Counted from the stretch's first letter, positions 26,100-39,345 are shown. The stretch is 64,000 nt of DNA from Octopus sinensis (GCF_006345805.1 NC_042998.1:153636001-153700000); one strand, 5' to 3'. Made by a program: numbers and translations. Notes: generated from the letters alone by a model not told the origin.

Positions 26100-28655
26100 G
26101 CGAACTTCTTCACTACTTCAGGGAGTGACGACCCTGCCTGACACGAGTTCCGGGCTCAGCTGGCTCCGGCTGACAGTACCCGGTATGGGCCCCTATCCAG
26201 GGTTACGGAAAGGAGACAACCTTCAAAGAAATCCGGAGTGGAGCCCTGAAGGCGGTCTAGTGTTCGACTCGACACTCTTCCGGCAGCTCCTGCAACCAAG
26301 CTGGTGCCAAACGTAATGCACTGCACTCCTTTGGACTACATCAGCAAGGTCGAGAGAGAAAACCTGACGATTGGGCTACCCAGGACTTTCTTATCTCTAG
26401 CCCAGGCCTGCGCAAAACTGGAGAGGACACTTCAGTGCTGCTGTAAAAAGCTGCAAAAACAACACGGGAGGTAACAGTCACGAGTGATAAGTCCATTCAG
26501 ATTGGCGTAAAATATGGGTGCTACGGGTTACCTCTGACGGTGGGAGGGACCTCCATGTCCTATTGGTTAGCTACTGCCCACCTCAAGCTGGGCAGCCCCC
26601 AGTTAATAAGGTGCTGACCTGCCACAGGCCGCCTGCTTCATTGGGTGCTTGGAGCTAAGAGTATGACTTGAAAAGCGGCCTGCAACCTCCGCACCAGGCA
26701 AACAACTAAAAGTCAAGAAAACACCAGTCCTGCAGTTGGCAAGCTAGAATGTCAGGACCATGTGCCCTGGAATATCTGATGATCTACTCGGGGTTGAAGA
26801 CACAAGGAAAACGGCCATCATTGACCATGAACTAAAGAGGCTCAACATAGACATTGCTGGGCTACAGGAGACAAGACTTCCCTCAAACGGCAAACTCAAA
26901 GAGCAGGATTTCACCTTCTTTTGGCAGGGAAGAGATCCAGAAGAACCTTGTCAACATGGCGTTGGCTTTGCAATGAGAAACTCACTACTCTCCTCAATAG
27001 AACCACCATCAGGAGGCACTGAGCGTATCCTCTCACTGCGCCTCTTGACTTCTTCTGGCTCAGTACATCTACTCAACATCTATGCTCCCACTCTCTACAG
27101 CTCAGAGGAGACCAAGGACCAGTTCTACAAAGATCTCAACTGTGTCATAGAAAATATACCAACGACTGAAAATATCTACCTTCTAGGGGATTTTAACGCT
27201 CGTGTGGGATCTGACCATGATTCGTGGCCCATTTGTGTTGGACACTTTGATATTAGCAACATGAATGACAATGGTCAGAGACTACTCGAATTCTGCACAT
27301 ACCACAACCTGTGCATCACAAACACATTCTTTACCAACAAGCCATCCCACAAGGCATCTTGGAGACATCCAAGATCTCACCACTGGCATCAGCTGGATCT
27401 CATCATTACACGGAGATCCCTTCTGAATTCTACTCTATTGACCCGCAGTTACCACAGCGTGGATTGTGACACAGACCACTCACTAATTAGAAGTAGGGTG
27501 AGGATTCTACCTAAAAAAGTCCACCGCTCCAAGAAAGTGGGCCGACCACGCATTAACACTGCCAGAACCTCGGACCCTACACTGTGAAAATGTTTTGCTG
27601 CTTCTATCAAGGTTGCCCTCAGTGGCTGCCCAACCTCCTCTGCTGAAAGTAGGTGGAACTATATTAGGGAAGCTTTGTATACGACATCAATAGATACTTT
27701 CGGCATGAGAGAAAGGCAAAACCCAGATTGGTTCAATGCTGGGCTCTCAGAGCTGGAGCCAGTTATCGAAGCAAAGCGTGCAGCTCTGATGCAATACAAG
27801 AGCGACTCTTCTACAAAGTCACTCGAAGAACTCAGAAAGGCACGAAATAAAACCCAACTGACAGCCAGACGCTGTGCAAATAGGTATTGGCAGGAAATCT
27901 GTCAGAGTATCCAGTCAGCTGCTGACAGGGGCGACACCCGTGGGATGTATGCCGGTTTGAAGAAGGCCCTCGGTCCATCCGCAACCAAGTCAGCCCCTCT
28001 GAAATCAACTACTGGAGATCTCATCAGGGATCAAAGCAAGCAAATGGATAGATGGGTGGAGCACTACCAGGATCTCTACTCACGGGAGACTACAGTGGCT
28101 GAGGCTGCAGTCGAGAGTGTCAAGATCTTGCCAGTCATGTGCGAACTTGACAGTCCGCCATCTATAGCAGAGCTCATCAAGGCTGTTGACTCCCTAGCAA
28201 GAAACAAGGCTCCGGGAAAAGACGGCATCCCCTCAGAGATCATCAAAGCTGGCAAAAACACCATCCTGCTTCGGCACCTTCATGAGCTTCTGTGTCAGTG
28301 CTGGGAAGAGGGTACAGTCCCCCAGGATATGCGAGATGCTAACATCATTATGCTTTACAAAAACAAAGGTGACCGTGGTGATTGTAACAATTACTGTGGA
28401 ATATCTCTTCTAAGCACTGTTGGAAAGACCTTTGCCCGCGTTATCCTGGCCAGGCTACAACTACTTGCTTCTCAAATCTATCCGGAATCGCAGTGTGGCT
28501 TTAGAAGAAGCAGATCAACTATCGATATGATATTCTCCATACGCCAACTTCAGGAGAAGTCCAGAGAGCAGAGAATGCCATTATATATGGCCTTCATTGA
28601 TCTAACAAAGGCCTTTGACTCGGTAAGCAGAACAGGCCTCTTCATCCTGCTCCAA
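26100..28655 (+). mobile_element. RTE-clade (BovB-like) LINE with 5' UTR, APE and N-terminal half of RT; 3' part missing
   Basis: LAS*NVRTM (TGG to TAG). ORF 26760..27587: IAGLQETR, LLGDFNARVG, DTDHSL. ORF 27675..28712: KAPGKDGI, QCGFRRSRSTIDMIF, AFIDLTKAFDSV. Homology stops at ~28655. Confidence 0.92.
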
Positions 28656-28707
28656 AATATACAAATATACAAAAATACACACACACATAAATATGAATCC
28701 CTACATA

Positions 28708-28851
28708 CCTAAATTTTAGCCTTTCGTTTTTTTTTTCTCAATTATTATATTAACACACGCGTAACAAATTAATTTAACAATTAAGAAAAAAAATACGAAA
28801 AGCTAAAATTTAGGGTTAGTGTGAGGGTGAGGGTGAGCGTTAGGGTTAGTG
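28708..28851. repeat. 36-bp inverted repeat followed by degenerate TTAGGG-like hexamers
   Basis: 28708-28743 pairs with 28779-28814, followed by TTAGGG TTAGT GTGAGG GTGAGG GTGAGC GTTAGG GTTAG. Confidence 0.7.
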
Positions 28852-29039
28852 AAAGGATGTCTCAGTTTTAGACGCAGCAAATGATTTAGCTCACTAGAGG
28901 CGGTTCATTGACTAAAATTCGAAAAAATTAAACTACGTTAAACAAACGAATTGCAATTTTATCAAGAAAGCCAAGAGAAAAAAAATGTTTTATTTTGACA
29001 CATTCTACCAGTATACGAAGTTTTAAAGTGTTTATGGCA

Positions 29040-30690
29040 TGTGCCATTCCAAAGGAAAAGATCCTCTTTGGAAATGCTTGCATATATGCATACATATATA
29101 CACACATGCAAAAAACATACATACCTCCATGCATACATAGATACATTCATATGTACATGCATACCTACATACATAAATACATATTTACATGCATGTATAC
29201 ATACATTCACACATACAATCATATGTACATATCTGCATCCATGTATGTATAGCTACCTATCTACATATATTCATGCATGCATACATACTTTCATACATAC
29301 ATGACTGCCAACATACATGGTTACATATATACATAGATTTTCGCATACATGCATGCGTGCATGCCTACATACGTATATACACACCTTGCTGTATGCATAC
29401 ATACGTTTCCATATATAAATGCATTTCTGCATACATACATACAAAGCTACAAACATACATACATACATACATGCTTAGATGCATAAATACATTCATACTT
29501 ATAGACATATGTATATATATAGGTATGTATTATGTATGCATGAAAGTATACTTGTATGTATGTATGTATGTATGTAAGTATGTATGCATGTGTGTAGGTA
29601 TGCATATATGTGTGCACGTATGTATGCATCTATATTTATTCGTATGTATGTATGCATTTATATATGTATGTAGTTATGGTGTATGTATGGGTGTATGTTT
29701 GTATGAAAACTTGTGTGATCTCTTGGGTAAATATAATTTTATATTAACTCAGGTTCACCGAATAGTTACTTGCATGAAATGTATAAAAATGTTTATTTTT
29801 CATGCTGATTTGCAATATTATGAAAACTTTGTGATATCTTGGGTAAAAATAATCTTATCCGTATGAAAAGTATGAAAATTATTTATTAGAAAATTGACAT
29901 GTCAGAAATGTCTACACTAATTGATTGAAAGGATTATGTGACATGTTCTACATTTTAAAGAAAAAAAATGTCAAAATATTGCTAATAAGCATCAAAAATT
30001 TTAATTTGTTGTTTTTAAGTGTACATATTTACACATTTGTGACGTCATTTTTCTCACACTTTTCCTCCTAATAACTTTGTGGTAAATGTAAATGCATACA
30101 TATATAAATGCATACGTACATACATATCTACATATTTGCATACATACACACATACATATGTATGTAAGTATGATTGTATGCATGTATGTATGTAGGCATG
30201 CATGTATATGAATGTATGTATGCATATGAGCGTATGTATGTAGGTATGTTTGTATGTATGTATGCATGCGTACATGCAAACTATTTTGAAACCAATAACT
30301 TTTCGCAACGGATTGATAAGATTTTGTATGTATGTATTTATGAATGCTTGTATACATGCATGTATGCATTCATGTATGTATGCTTGTATGTATGTATATA
30401 TGTGTGCATGTATGTATGCACGTAGATATACATACATATGTATATAAGTATGATTGTATGTATGCATCTAAGCATGTATGTATGTATGTATGATTGTATG
30501 TATGTATGTATGAATGTATGTATGCATGTATGCATGCAAGTATGTATGCATGAAAGAATAAATGTATGTTTGTATGTATGCATGCATTCATGCATGCTTG
30601 TAGATATTCATGCATGTGTTTATGTATGTATGCATGTATGTATTAGTGCATGTAGGTATGCATGTATATATGAATGTATGTATGTATGCA
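29040..30690. repeat. Degenerate (CATA)n/(TATG)n satellite blocks in opposite orientations
   Basis: Direct reading; strand composition switches near 29500. Confidence 0.85.
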
Positions 30691-33229
30691 CACCTCTTTG
30701 CCGGGACAGCGGGTTCTTTTTCAAGCTAAGTAAGGAAAAGATAGCATCTAGTTCTTTGTTGTTGTCGAAGGTCACTGCTAGTTGCCATAGGAATTAGAGG
30801 AAGATACAGTGAATGTTAAGTGTAGGAAGTCGATAAAATGATACCTTCATGGTGACTGATATTTAGATAGCAGTGGGTTTTGATGTGACACTGTATCATA
30901 CTTGACATCCTCACTGCAAGCCTTCTCTCAGTTGAAAACTGGATTCTGCCTGTGGTCGCCTCTACGTCATCTTTTTTCTACGATGTTTAGTATTTATAAT
31001 TATCCAAACTAGTTAGGAGAGACATGTTGTTGAGAACAATAAGTTTCGCTGGCTGTCTATTCTAGCTTTTGGTGGCCTAGAAGAGGTTAGAAGGGTCAAT
31101 TAGGAAAGAAATCATTCTGTTTAGCGAATGTAACTGCTGTCACTTACAGAACTATTGTTTTTCTGTGAGAAAAGTACTGTTGAATTGTTAAATGAAATTT
31201 GGCATCCGAGGATCGAATCTACATCTTGCCTGCATGAGCCGCTACATATGTCATGTAGATCAATGCGTGTATGTTTATGCATATGTATGTATGTATGCAT
31301 ATAGATCTGTGTGTGTATATATCTATAATTATATATATATATATATATATTATCTATATTTATAATATCTATATATGTAAAAATTTAGATTTAGTTGAAT
31401 ATGGTATGGTATTATCCATATAATTCATTATGGGGTGATTATAATTAAAATAAGCAACACACACACACACATACGTAGAAACTATCTAAGATAAATATCA
31501 TTTACTACCATGTTTCTGTTGATGAGATTGGTCTCTCTATCTATCTACTTACCATCTTTGTGATGTTGGTACATGGAATAAGTGTAAAAGTGAATCTTTT
31601 CAATTAAACTAAAAAAAAAAAAATTCAGGTGCAGCTGAAGATTGCACAATATTTTAAAACTGATGTAATACTTGCATTGTTTAATTGAATGAAGTCGCAT
31701 GAAAGGATCGTACTGCATTACCTTTGCATATCCTTATTTTGATGATGAGGATGATATAGAAAATAGTGGCACAACAATGTACCAATTCTTACTGGAAATA
31801 GCAGTCGATAATCGTTTGACGCTAGATAAAGCTTTACTGAATATAGGGTGGCAAAGATGTGTGCGGGCGATGGATATAAAAAAATTTTCGTTTTTACATC
31901 TAGGAAGAATGCCCGAGAAATAGTCTACCTGGTACTCACGTTTTGTACTCTTCACAACACACAAATATATATGTGAGTGTGTGTGTGTGTGTGTAGTGCA
32001 TCTTAAGGGCATGAAGTGGATTTGATCCACCATTGCCAAATTTAAATTGACAGTTCAACAGAAATTTTTTCTTGATATAACAGTAGTTTTTCGGTGACAG
32101 CAGAAATTAGGCCAAAATTATGTCTTCACCACTTGGTGTTTCTAACCTCTTTTAATTCACCAAAAGCTATGATTAAGATAACAAGACCACCAACTAAATC
32201 TATTGTTCTCAATGACATGTCTATCCTTCTGCAAGAACCCCAAGCAAAAACCACTTCGTCGGCTTGTGACAATTCAATCAATTAGTTAATGAATGACAAA
32301 CTGAAGTCAGAGACAGCTACCATCAGTTAGGAAGAAGAATGCTAGAATCATGATCCAAAGCAAGGCAGCTACTAAATACAATGGTCAAATAGAGAGATGA
32401 AATTTACTGTCAGCAACTATGAGACCCAACTTCCCACACTCTCTCACTTCTCTGCACATTACGATATCTCTACTGCTGCGAAGTAAAAAAAGTTAAAAGT
32501 TTTACTTCGCACGCCCCCAGGATTTTATCACCTGTTCTTTTTCCTTTCTATCCGTCACTCTTTGTGGGAAAGACTGTTTTAAAGAAGTCGCGTCTTGTCC
32601 CCTACCTTCGAAACACAGAGTAGATAAAACAGGAGACAACTGATGGAGGGAATGTTCTTATTTTGCCTGCCTCGTATAAGCTTCTTTCGTTGTTCCAATA
32701 AAAAGTTCGTTTTTCATGCTTTTGCTTTTTATGATCTTGTTTCACATTTTGTTCACGTGTTTCAATGTACTATATTATAATATATTATAATTTAAACATT
32801 GTTTGATTTGTTTTGTGATTTTAAAAATAATAATTATGATATATTTAGGCGTATCATTATTTCTACTGTCTAAAGGAGACTACGGCATCGGTACTGAATA
32901 TAAATAGTTATTAGCATGCTAACATGGCAGTCTAGAAAAATAGTACGAATGCTGCCTCTAGCTAGTTAACACACATATATACTGTGGATAACTTTTGTGA
33001 CTTAATTTCCAGTTTCCCCTACAATTAACTTACACCCGGAATCTCTCTCCTGCTCTCTTACACACATACTCTCTTTCTCTCTTCCCCTATTCCTCGGACT
33101 GGCTAACCTCTACAGGAATGCAGCTATTACTGGCCTCAATCTTGATCATTCCTTCTCTCTCTCTCTGCTCTCCAGCAAGACACCTGTTTCTAACCTTCCA
33201 TCATCTGGTGCATGTTTATGTCTAGTGCA

Positions 33230-33610
33230 ACATCCCCTCTCAAGGGAACGTTGTCTTGCAAGTTACTTGGTGACCTTGTCAGTACTGGTGCCACACAAAA
33301 ACCACTCAGTCCATTCAACCCTGGAAAGCAGGCATTAAATGATGATGATGATGATCTTTTGTCCGTGCTGGGAAACTGAGGGACTGCACCAGATACCAGT
33401 CTGATTTGGCACATTGTATACATATATTTATGAGTACGTGAGTCTTTGTGTTTATGCTTGTCCCTCATTACTGCCTCACAATCAGTTGGTTTGTTTACTT
33501 CCCCGTAATTTAATGGTTTGGCACAAGAGCCCAATAGATTAACCTGTTTGAATAAAACCTTTCAAAACTGTCTATCTCACTTTGACGGCTGAAACAAGTA
33601 AAAGAGTATA
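33230..33610 (+). mobile_element. RTE-type 3' tail with (ATG)n plus SINE body/tail fragment
   Basis: GGTGCCACACAAAAA...GCATTAAATGATGATGATG, then TTTGTTTACTTCCCCGTAATTTAATGGTTTGGCACAAGAG and GCTGAAACAAGTAAAAGAG. Confidence 0.6.
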
Positions 33611-35164
33611 AGTACACACACAACGGTAGACAGAGCTGCCAACTTTATCCATATGCATACATTGTTCTTATAATTGGAATCATTAAAAAACATTAAAAAA
33701 ACCATGTGTGTAATTATGAATTGGATATCTCTATTTCCAAGAATGTAACAATTTTGACAATAGTCCAATAGTGGTTAAAGAAATGAATTTGTATCTAGAC
33801 GTAGTAAGAATTTGGAAATTGTTTTTCTTAGTTATTTTTAGGAAGATATTGGATGCAGCTGCAGTCTTTCCACATAAATGCATATTTGCTTGAAAATATT
33901 TTCAAATATTTTCTTTCTTTTCTTTTTATTAAAAATACTTCTTCTATAGTTTTAAGAGTGTAATGCAAAGAAAAAGAAAAGTCGAAAATAAAGTCTTGGT
34001 CAAAAAGGAGAAAGTCCAACTTATATGGGCGTTTACAGCCATTTTTAATAGTCCATTAAAATTTCATTGAAATGGTATCATGTTCCAAAATCTCAGGATT
34101 TATTTAGTACTATACCTACTATAAATATGCCAAAATTCAAGATCCTGTGGCTTGTACCTTTGGATTTCAACTGTGTCTGAAAACACTGCATAATTGGTTT
34201 TACATAAACATTTTAAAAATCACCACAATAAAAAGTTTCGTTTTCAAGAACCTGAAAAAAATAGACAACTGCTGTACCATAGACACTATTAATTTGCGAT
34301 ATTTGAAGCGCAGTATGACAAGCCATATCAAGAAAATATACAAGGCGTACTGTCATAGTCTCCTCATGTGTGTTGTCTTATATGTGTGAAAACATTGAGT
34401 GTCTGGTATGCAGGAAAAAAATATTCCTCAAAATTTCACAAATGAAGTATCAAAGTTTTTCTTTTTTTATATATTGTCCACCTAAATAAACAGTCTATCT
34501 CAATTTTAAAAATTTTCCTTTGGTTTTAAAGCAATACATCTTGTAAAAAATCAAAGATAGTTAAGTTATATGTATTTTTTCAATGACCGAGTAAACTCGC
34601 TTAAATCCAAATGAGTAAAAGTACATTTTAATTTCTATAAAGGAAATAAAAAAATATGCTCTGAAATGAAACGCCATGTCAAAATAATTGATCCATTAAG
34701 GGGTTAAGGACATAGCAGGAACTTTTAAATTTATACTTTCTTTGTTAAATTTCCAACTACTTTACAGAATGTACTAGGTGCATTTTCCCATAACACTAGA
34801 GATAATCATGCTCACCTATCATTCTAAATATCCACTACAGTAGCAGTAAATGTGAAGAGTATCTATTTATATTATATATAAACACACCATACAGACATGC
34901 ATATATATAGATATTTATGTATATTACATATATGTTACAAAGTTTGTGTTCAAGATTTGAATACTAGTAGAGTTTTGCATTTTGTAATTCCAAAGGCTTT
35001 GTTGATTGGGATACATGTCACGTAGGCTTGACCAAGAAAGGCTAATTTCAAGGAAAACTAGTACCTGGCATTTCATACTAAGAAATGTTATAGAAATTGG
35101 CGATAAATGAAAAATAAATGGAAACAGATAGTCCCACAGGAAAACTATAACTTATGATAGTGTA

Positions 35165-35345
35165 CATGTCATCATTTAACGTCTGCTGTCCATGCTGGTT
35201 TGGGACAGATGGTTTGACCAGGGCTGGCAAGCTGGACCAGACTTCAGTCTAATTTGGCATGGTTTCTATGGCTGGATGCCCTTCTTAACTCCCAACAATC
35301 TGAGAGTGTAATGGGTGCGTTTAAATACCACCAGCATGGATGACA
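35165..35345 (-). mobile_element. RTE-type 3' tail fragment
   Basis: GCTGGATGCCCTTC block similar to 2550-2710 and 10320-10470. Confidence 0.65.
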
Positions 35346-35809
35346 TTTGTGTGACACCAACACACATAGATGCATATATATGTGTGTGTGTGTGTGTGTA
35401 TAATCCTCAGTTAACGTCCATTTTCAATGCTTTTGCACTGTTGATAAAGCTGAAGCATCTCTCTCTCTCTCTCTTTATGTGTATATATATACCTAACACG
35501 AGATTTAAGAACAAGATGGCTGGGAGAAAGTTGGGAGAAATGCAATGCATTATTTGATTGCAACCAATGTAAGCCATATAAAGATGTAGGAATAGTGGCA
35601 GTCATCTGAATTTGACCAAATTGTTCTTTCAAGATTCTGAAGTAAGTATTCCTCTGTTGGAAACTCTGATATTGGGCAGGTAAGCACTAACAAGCCTAAG
35701 GTTGGTGTTACAAACCATTTACTTCCACCAGCCTTATCAACCCCCTGTAACAATATATCTGAAGAGAAGAATGCTAGGAGCCAGATAAGTAATGTTAGTA
35801 TTAGTAATC

Positions 35810-36170
35810 GGGATATGGACGGTTCTGATAAATCCTGTAATTGTAAAAACCCTAGGTTATGTCTTTTTTGACAGATTCTGTCTGACTACTAATGCTATAT
35901 ATTATTAAAGAGGAGGGTAATTTGGATAGGTTTTTCCTAGGCAGTACTGTTAATTATAAGGTGAGATATAGGGCCCACATGAATTTGTTTTTGAACGAAA
36001 AATATTGTAATAAAAAGTTACTTTCTTGGAAGGTCTGTTATCTCTGTTATTTTAGAGTTAATATTAACAAGTCTAAGTTTTATATAAGGGAATCTCTTGC
36101 CATCCTTAGGTCCTTTGGGCTTAAAACATTAAATAAATTTAGTGGTGATCCCTTTTTGCAACCATAAGTT
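35810..36170 (+). pseudogene. PLE Cys-rich linker and GIY-YIG endonuclease remnant
   Basis: SCNCKNPRLCL.DRFCLTTNAIY (frameshifted), then ORF 35892..36167 FFLGSTVNYKVRYRAHMNLFLNEKY...CYLC...TLNK. This matches the PLE YIG..xNFKxRYxxH pattern. Confidence 0.68.
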
Positions 36171-36499
36171 TTCAACTTTTCTGAAAGTATATAGAAGTAA
36201 AACTAGATGTGCTAAATAGCATTTAGTTTTACTGGGTTTTGAAACCAGATAGTAAAATGTCCTATGATTAGCAGCCTCCAGTACGTTTAGCAATGAAATA
36301 AAATCATTATTTATGGTCCTGCGATAGATTATTATCTTTAAATTAGGTATGCAGCCATTTTGTGACTTCCATGAATGACCAATTTGTCTCGTACAAAGTG
36401 TTGCTTGCTTTGTTGAAGGCTACATTTATACTGAACTGTTAAGATTGTTGATTTGTTGCTGTTTTTCAAAACACACAGCTTGTGTTTTTTGATCATGTT

Positions 36500-37570
36500 T
36501 TCTGTTTTGGATGAAAATAGTTATGCCTAATATAGGTGAGGAAGGACAAACAGGGAGCTACACATCATTAGCGGGAAAACAGAATATGAATATGACTGTA
36601 CCCCAGTTAGATATGAGAGAAGATAAATTGTATGAATGCATGCAAATTGCAGAAAAGGAAGGAGCGAAAGTAAAATTAACCCCTATGGAGGATTTAATTG
36701 CAGATACCGAAAGAAAAACAATAATCTACAGGACCCAGAAAAATGATAGAAATGGCTCCAGAAGAGGCCATTGAGAAGTGTTTGGATTCGAGAGGACATT
36801 TCCTATGGTAGAGTGGAGGGAAGATTTGCCTCCATAGAGGTGGCAGTAAAGCATTACACTGTACCAGTAAGAACTGAAGAATGGCTGCTCCTGCCAACCT
36901 ACCTGAGGAAAAGAGTTTCTAGAGTGAGGATTGGCAGGATTCCACCAGAAATTAGAGAAGCGTGGATAGCGGCAGCCAATACTCCCAGGAAGACCTATTG
37001 ATTCTGCAGGCAAGCCAGATACAGCAACTGCACTAGAGGGGTTACAGCCTGGAATTAATTGTCCAGGTAACCCAAGCAGACTTAATCAAGATCCCAGAAG
37101 TTATAGAGCTATCCGATGAAAAAAAACTAATTGTAACAGTAGAAGGGAGACCTCCCGCTTGCAGAAGGGGCACATCAAAAAGAAGTGCCCCCAAAATGAA
37201 ACAGGAAAGAGCAGTGGAGATCCTGTCTGAGCCCAAAACAAAGTGAAGGCACCAAAAGGAAACCAAGATGCAATTGAGATGAAACAGACGCCGAAAGGAG
37301 AGAGAAAGAAATAATTCATCACCAAAATGCACGCAAAAAAAAGAGTCACACACACCAAATAGAAAAAAATACAAACTACTACAGAGAACAACATACACAC
37401 ACCACTACTAACATCCCCCGAAAAAACACCACAGTCTCCTATCAAGCAGACACCTACAGACACAAACTCTGATAATGGAAACTGCCTATTTAATGACTTA
37501 CAAAAAAAAAAGCTATCAATAAATTTAAAATCATCACTAGGGTTAGGCTTTCTAATTTCCACCCATCTGA
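36500..37570 (+). pseudogene. Gag-like ORF1 remnant of a non-LTR retrotransposon with a partial zinc knuckle
   Basis: RVSRVRIGRIPPEIREAW (ORF 36771..37001) and IVTVEGRPPAC...GHIKKKCP near 37130-37195. Confidence 0.5.
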
Positions 37571-38483
37571 AACAAAATGCATTGCGATAGATATACCAAG
37601 ATTCGAAACATTACAAAAATACTACAAAAGTGATGTACATCTAGTAGGAGAGGTGATAACATATGAGGATTTAAGTCCTTATTTTGTAGATTAAGTAAAA
37701 TCTGTTTCGATAATATAACAAATAATGAACTGAAATAAACAGTAAAAATACAATTGCTTGAGGGTGGGGCTCAGGTAAGGACGTCCATCCTCATTTTGTA
37801 CATGTATTCATTTTCAATCATCATTTTTGTTTTATGTCCCCATATGTACTGTCTCTGTCTGTCCTTGTACCATCCCCTCTGTGTTATTGGCCTTGTGCCC
37901 AATAAAGAATTACCCGTGAACGACTAATTGTTGAGATTGCTGTTCGTCCCGATGAGGGGATCACTGCCAAGATTCACCTTACTGGCAGCAGTGAACTCCT
38001 GAAATGGCCATAGATATATTTGACTTGATTTTGTGGAACTCTCTTATGCTTCTGGAGTCCAACCTACCATGGTTTTTATGAACTTTGACATATTTTTGAA
38101 GGGAGAAAAAATTTTTGTAGTCGATTTAGTCACATGACACACATTAGATATTTTAGTTGATTCTTGATGAGCCGTTCTATATAAGCCAATTCTTGATAAG
38201 CCGTTCTATATATTTGTGTTTTTATTTGCATATATATATTTTTTACCTTCTGTGTTTTTTTATATATGTATTCTTTTTTATATGTTGAAGGTCATGGTAA
38301 TACTTATATATGATCAAATGTATGGAAGCATGGTGTTATATAAAGTCATTGATTTGAATTTGATGTTTGTTCCCTAATCAATGTTTGTTATCTGTCTCAG
38401 TTTCATTTGAGCACTTCTTTTTTGCAGTCTTATAAACCCTTTTATCTCCATAAAAAGAGGCAAAAAGTATTTCTTGCCGTGTG

Positions 38484-38518
<35 letters not shown>

Positions 38519-38540
38519 TGCTCTAGCTTTTAGGACAGGA

Positions 38541-39345
38541 AGGGAAAGTTTTGAAGATGACCCAAGGTCTGGATGCCTCTGTAACTGCCACCATTGAGGA
38601 AAACATTGATTGTCTTCACCACATGGTAACTATAAATCAAATAGCCAATACTACAAGCATATCTCATAAGGAAGTTGAGAATATTCTGCATAATGAACTT
38701 GGCATGACAAACGTTTCTGCCCAGAAGGTGCCACATCTTCTAACAGATGATCACATTATGGGAAAATTTAACTTCATTTCAGGCAGATCCAGTTAGTTTC
38801 CTTGAACATTTTCTAACCCAGGATGAGTGTTGGCTTCATCACTTTGAACCAGAGGCAAAGAGATAATCCATGCAATGGAAACACCTCTCCTCACCTGCTC
38901 CAAAGAAGGCCAAAGTCATTTCATATTCTAGAAAGTTGGTGGCCTCAGTTTTTTTCGGATGTAAAAGGCATTGTGTTTATTGACTATCTTCAATATGCTG
39001 ACTTGCTGAGGTAGTTACAAAAGGCTAACAAGACCAAATGTCCAGGAAAACTGACGAAAGAGACCTTGTTTTATCAATGCAAACACATGTCCTTTGTTTC
39101 AATGGCTGCTATGTATGACTGTAGTCTTGAACTGGTTTGTTTCCCAACAGGAAAAATCTTGACTGGGAACCAGTATTGCAGTGATAATGATGATGATGCT
39201 GTTTTTGACCAACAGGATGAAAACTTCTTCACCAACAGGATCCAAGCACTGTAACACTTATGGAAGAAGTGTGTGGGCTGCAAGGATGACTATGTTGAAA
39301 AATAAACCTCATTAGTCCATCCCATGAGAGTACCTTGGTCAGCCA
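38541..39345 (+). mobile_element. Second decayed copy of the mariner family at 1150-1954
   Basis: ILHNELGMTNVSAQKVPHLL; nucleotide similarity to 1150-1930 (e.g. GGATGAGTGTTGGCTTCATCACTTTGAACCA, GAAAACTTCTTCACCAA). Confidence 0.85.

Noticed and set aside
4491-30800. Dozens of long Y/I/M/C/H-rich ORFs in the ORF track
   Set aside because: They are translations of (TA)n/(CATA)n microsatellites, which lack stop codons.
31217-31260. ATCTACAT...ACATATGTC-ATGTAGAT resembling hammerhead stems I and III
   Set aside because: Both CUGANGA and GAAA are absent. At best it is a badly decayed relic that cannot be supported from one copy.
31699-31923. 74-aa ORF as a gene
   Set aside because: No recognisable motif or splice context.
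32475-32670. 12-bp hairpin and GAAACACAGAG/CTGATGG motifs as a pLTR ribozyme
   Set aside because: The motifs are not in a consistent order with paired stems.
34691-34707. piggyBac-like terminus ATCCATTAAGGGG|TTAA
   Set aside because: No matching left terminus or transposase motif was found.
36185-36260. Hairpin between CTGAAAG and GAAAC downstream of the PLE endonuclease
   Set aside because: Wrong core spacing, and no NUH site or stem I.
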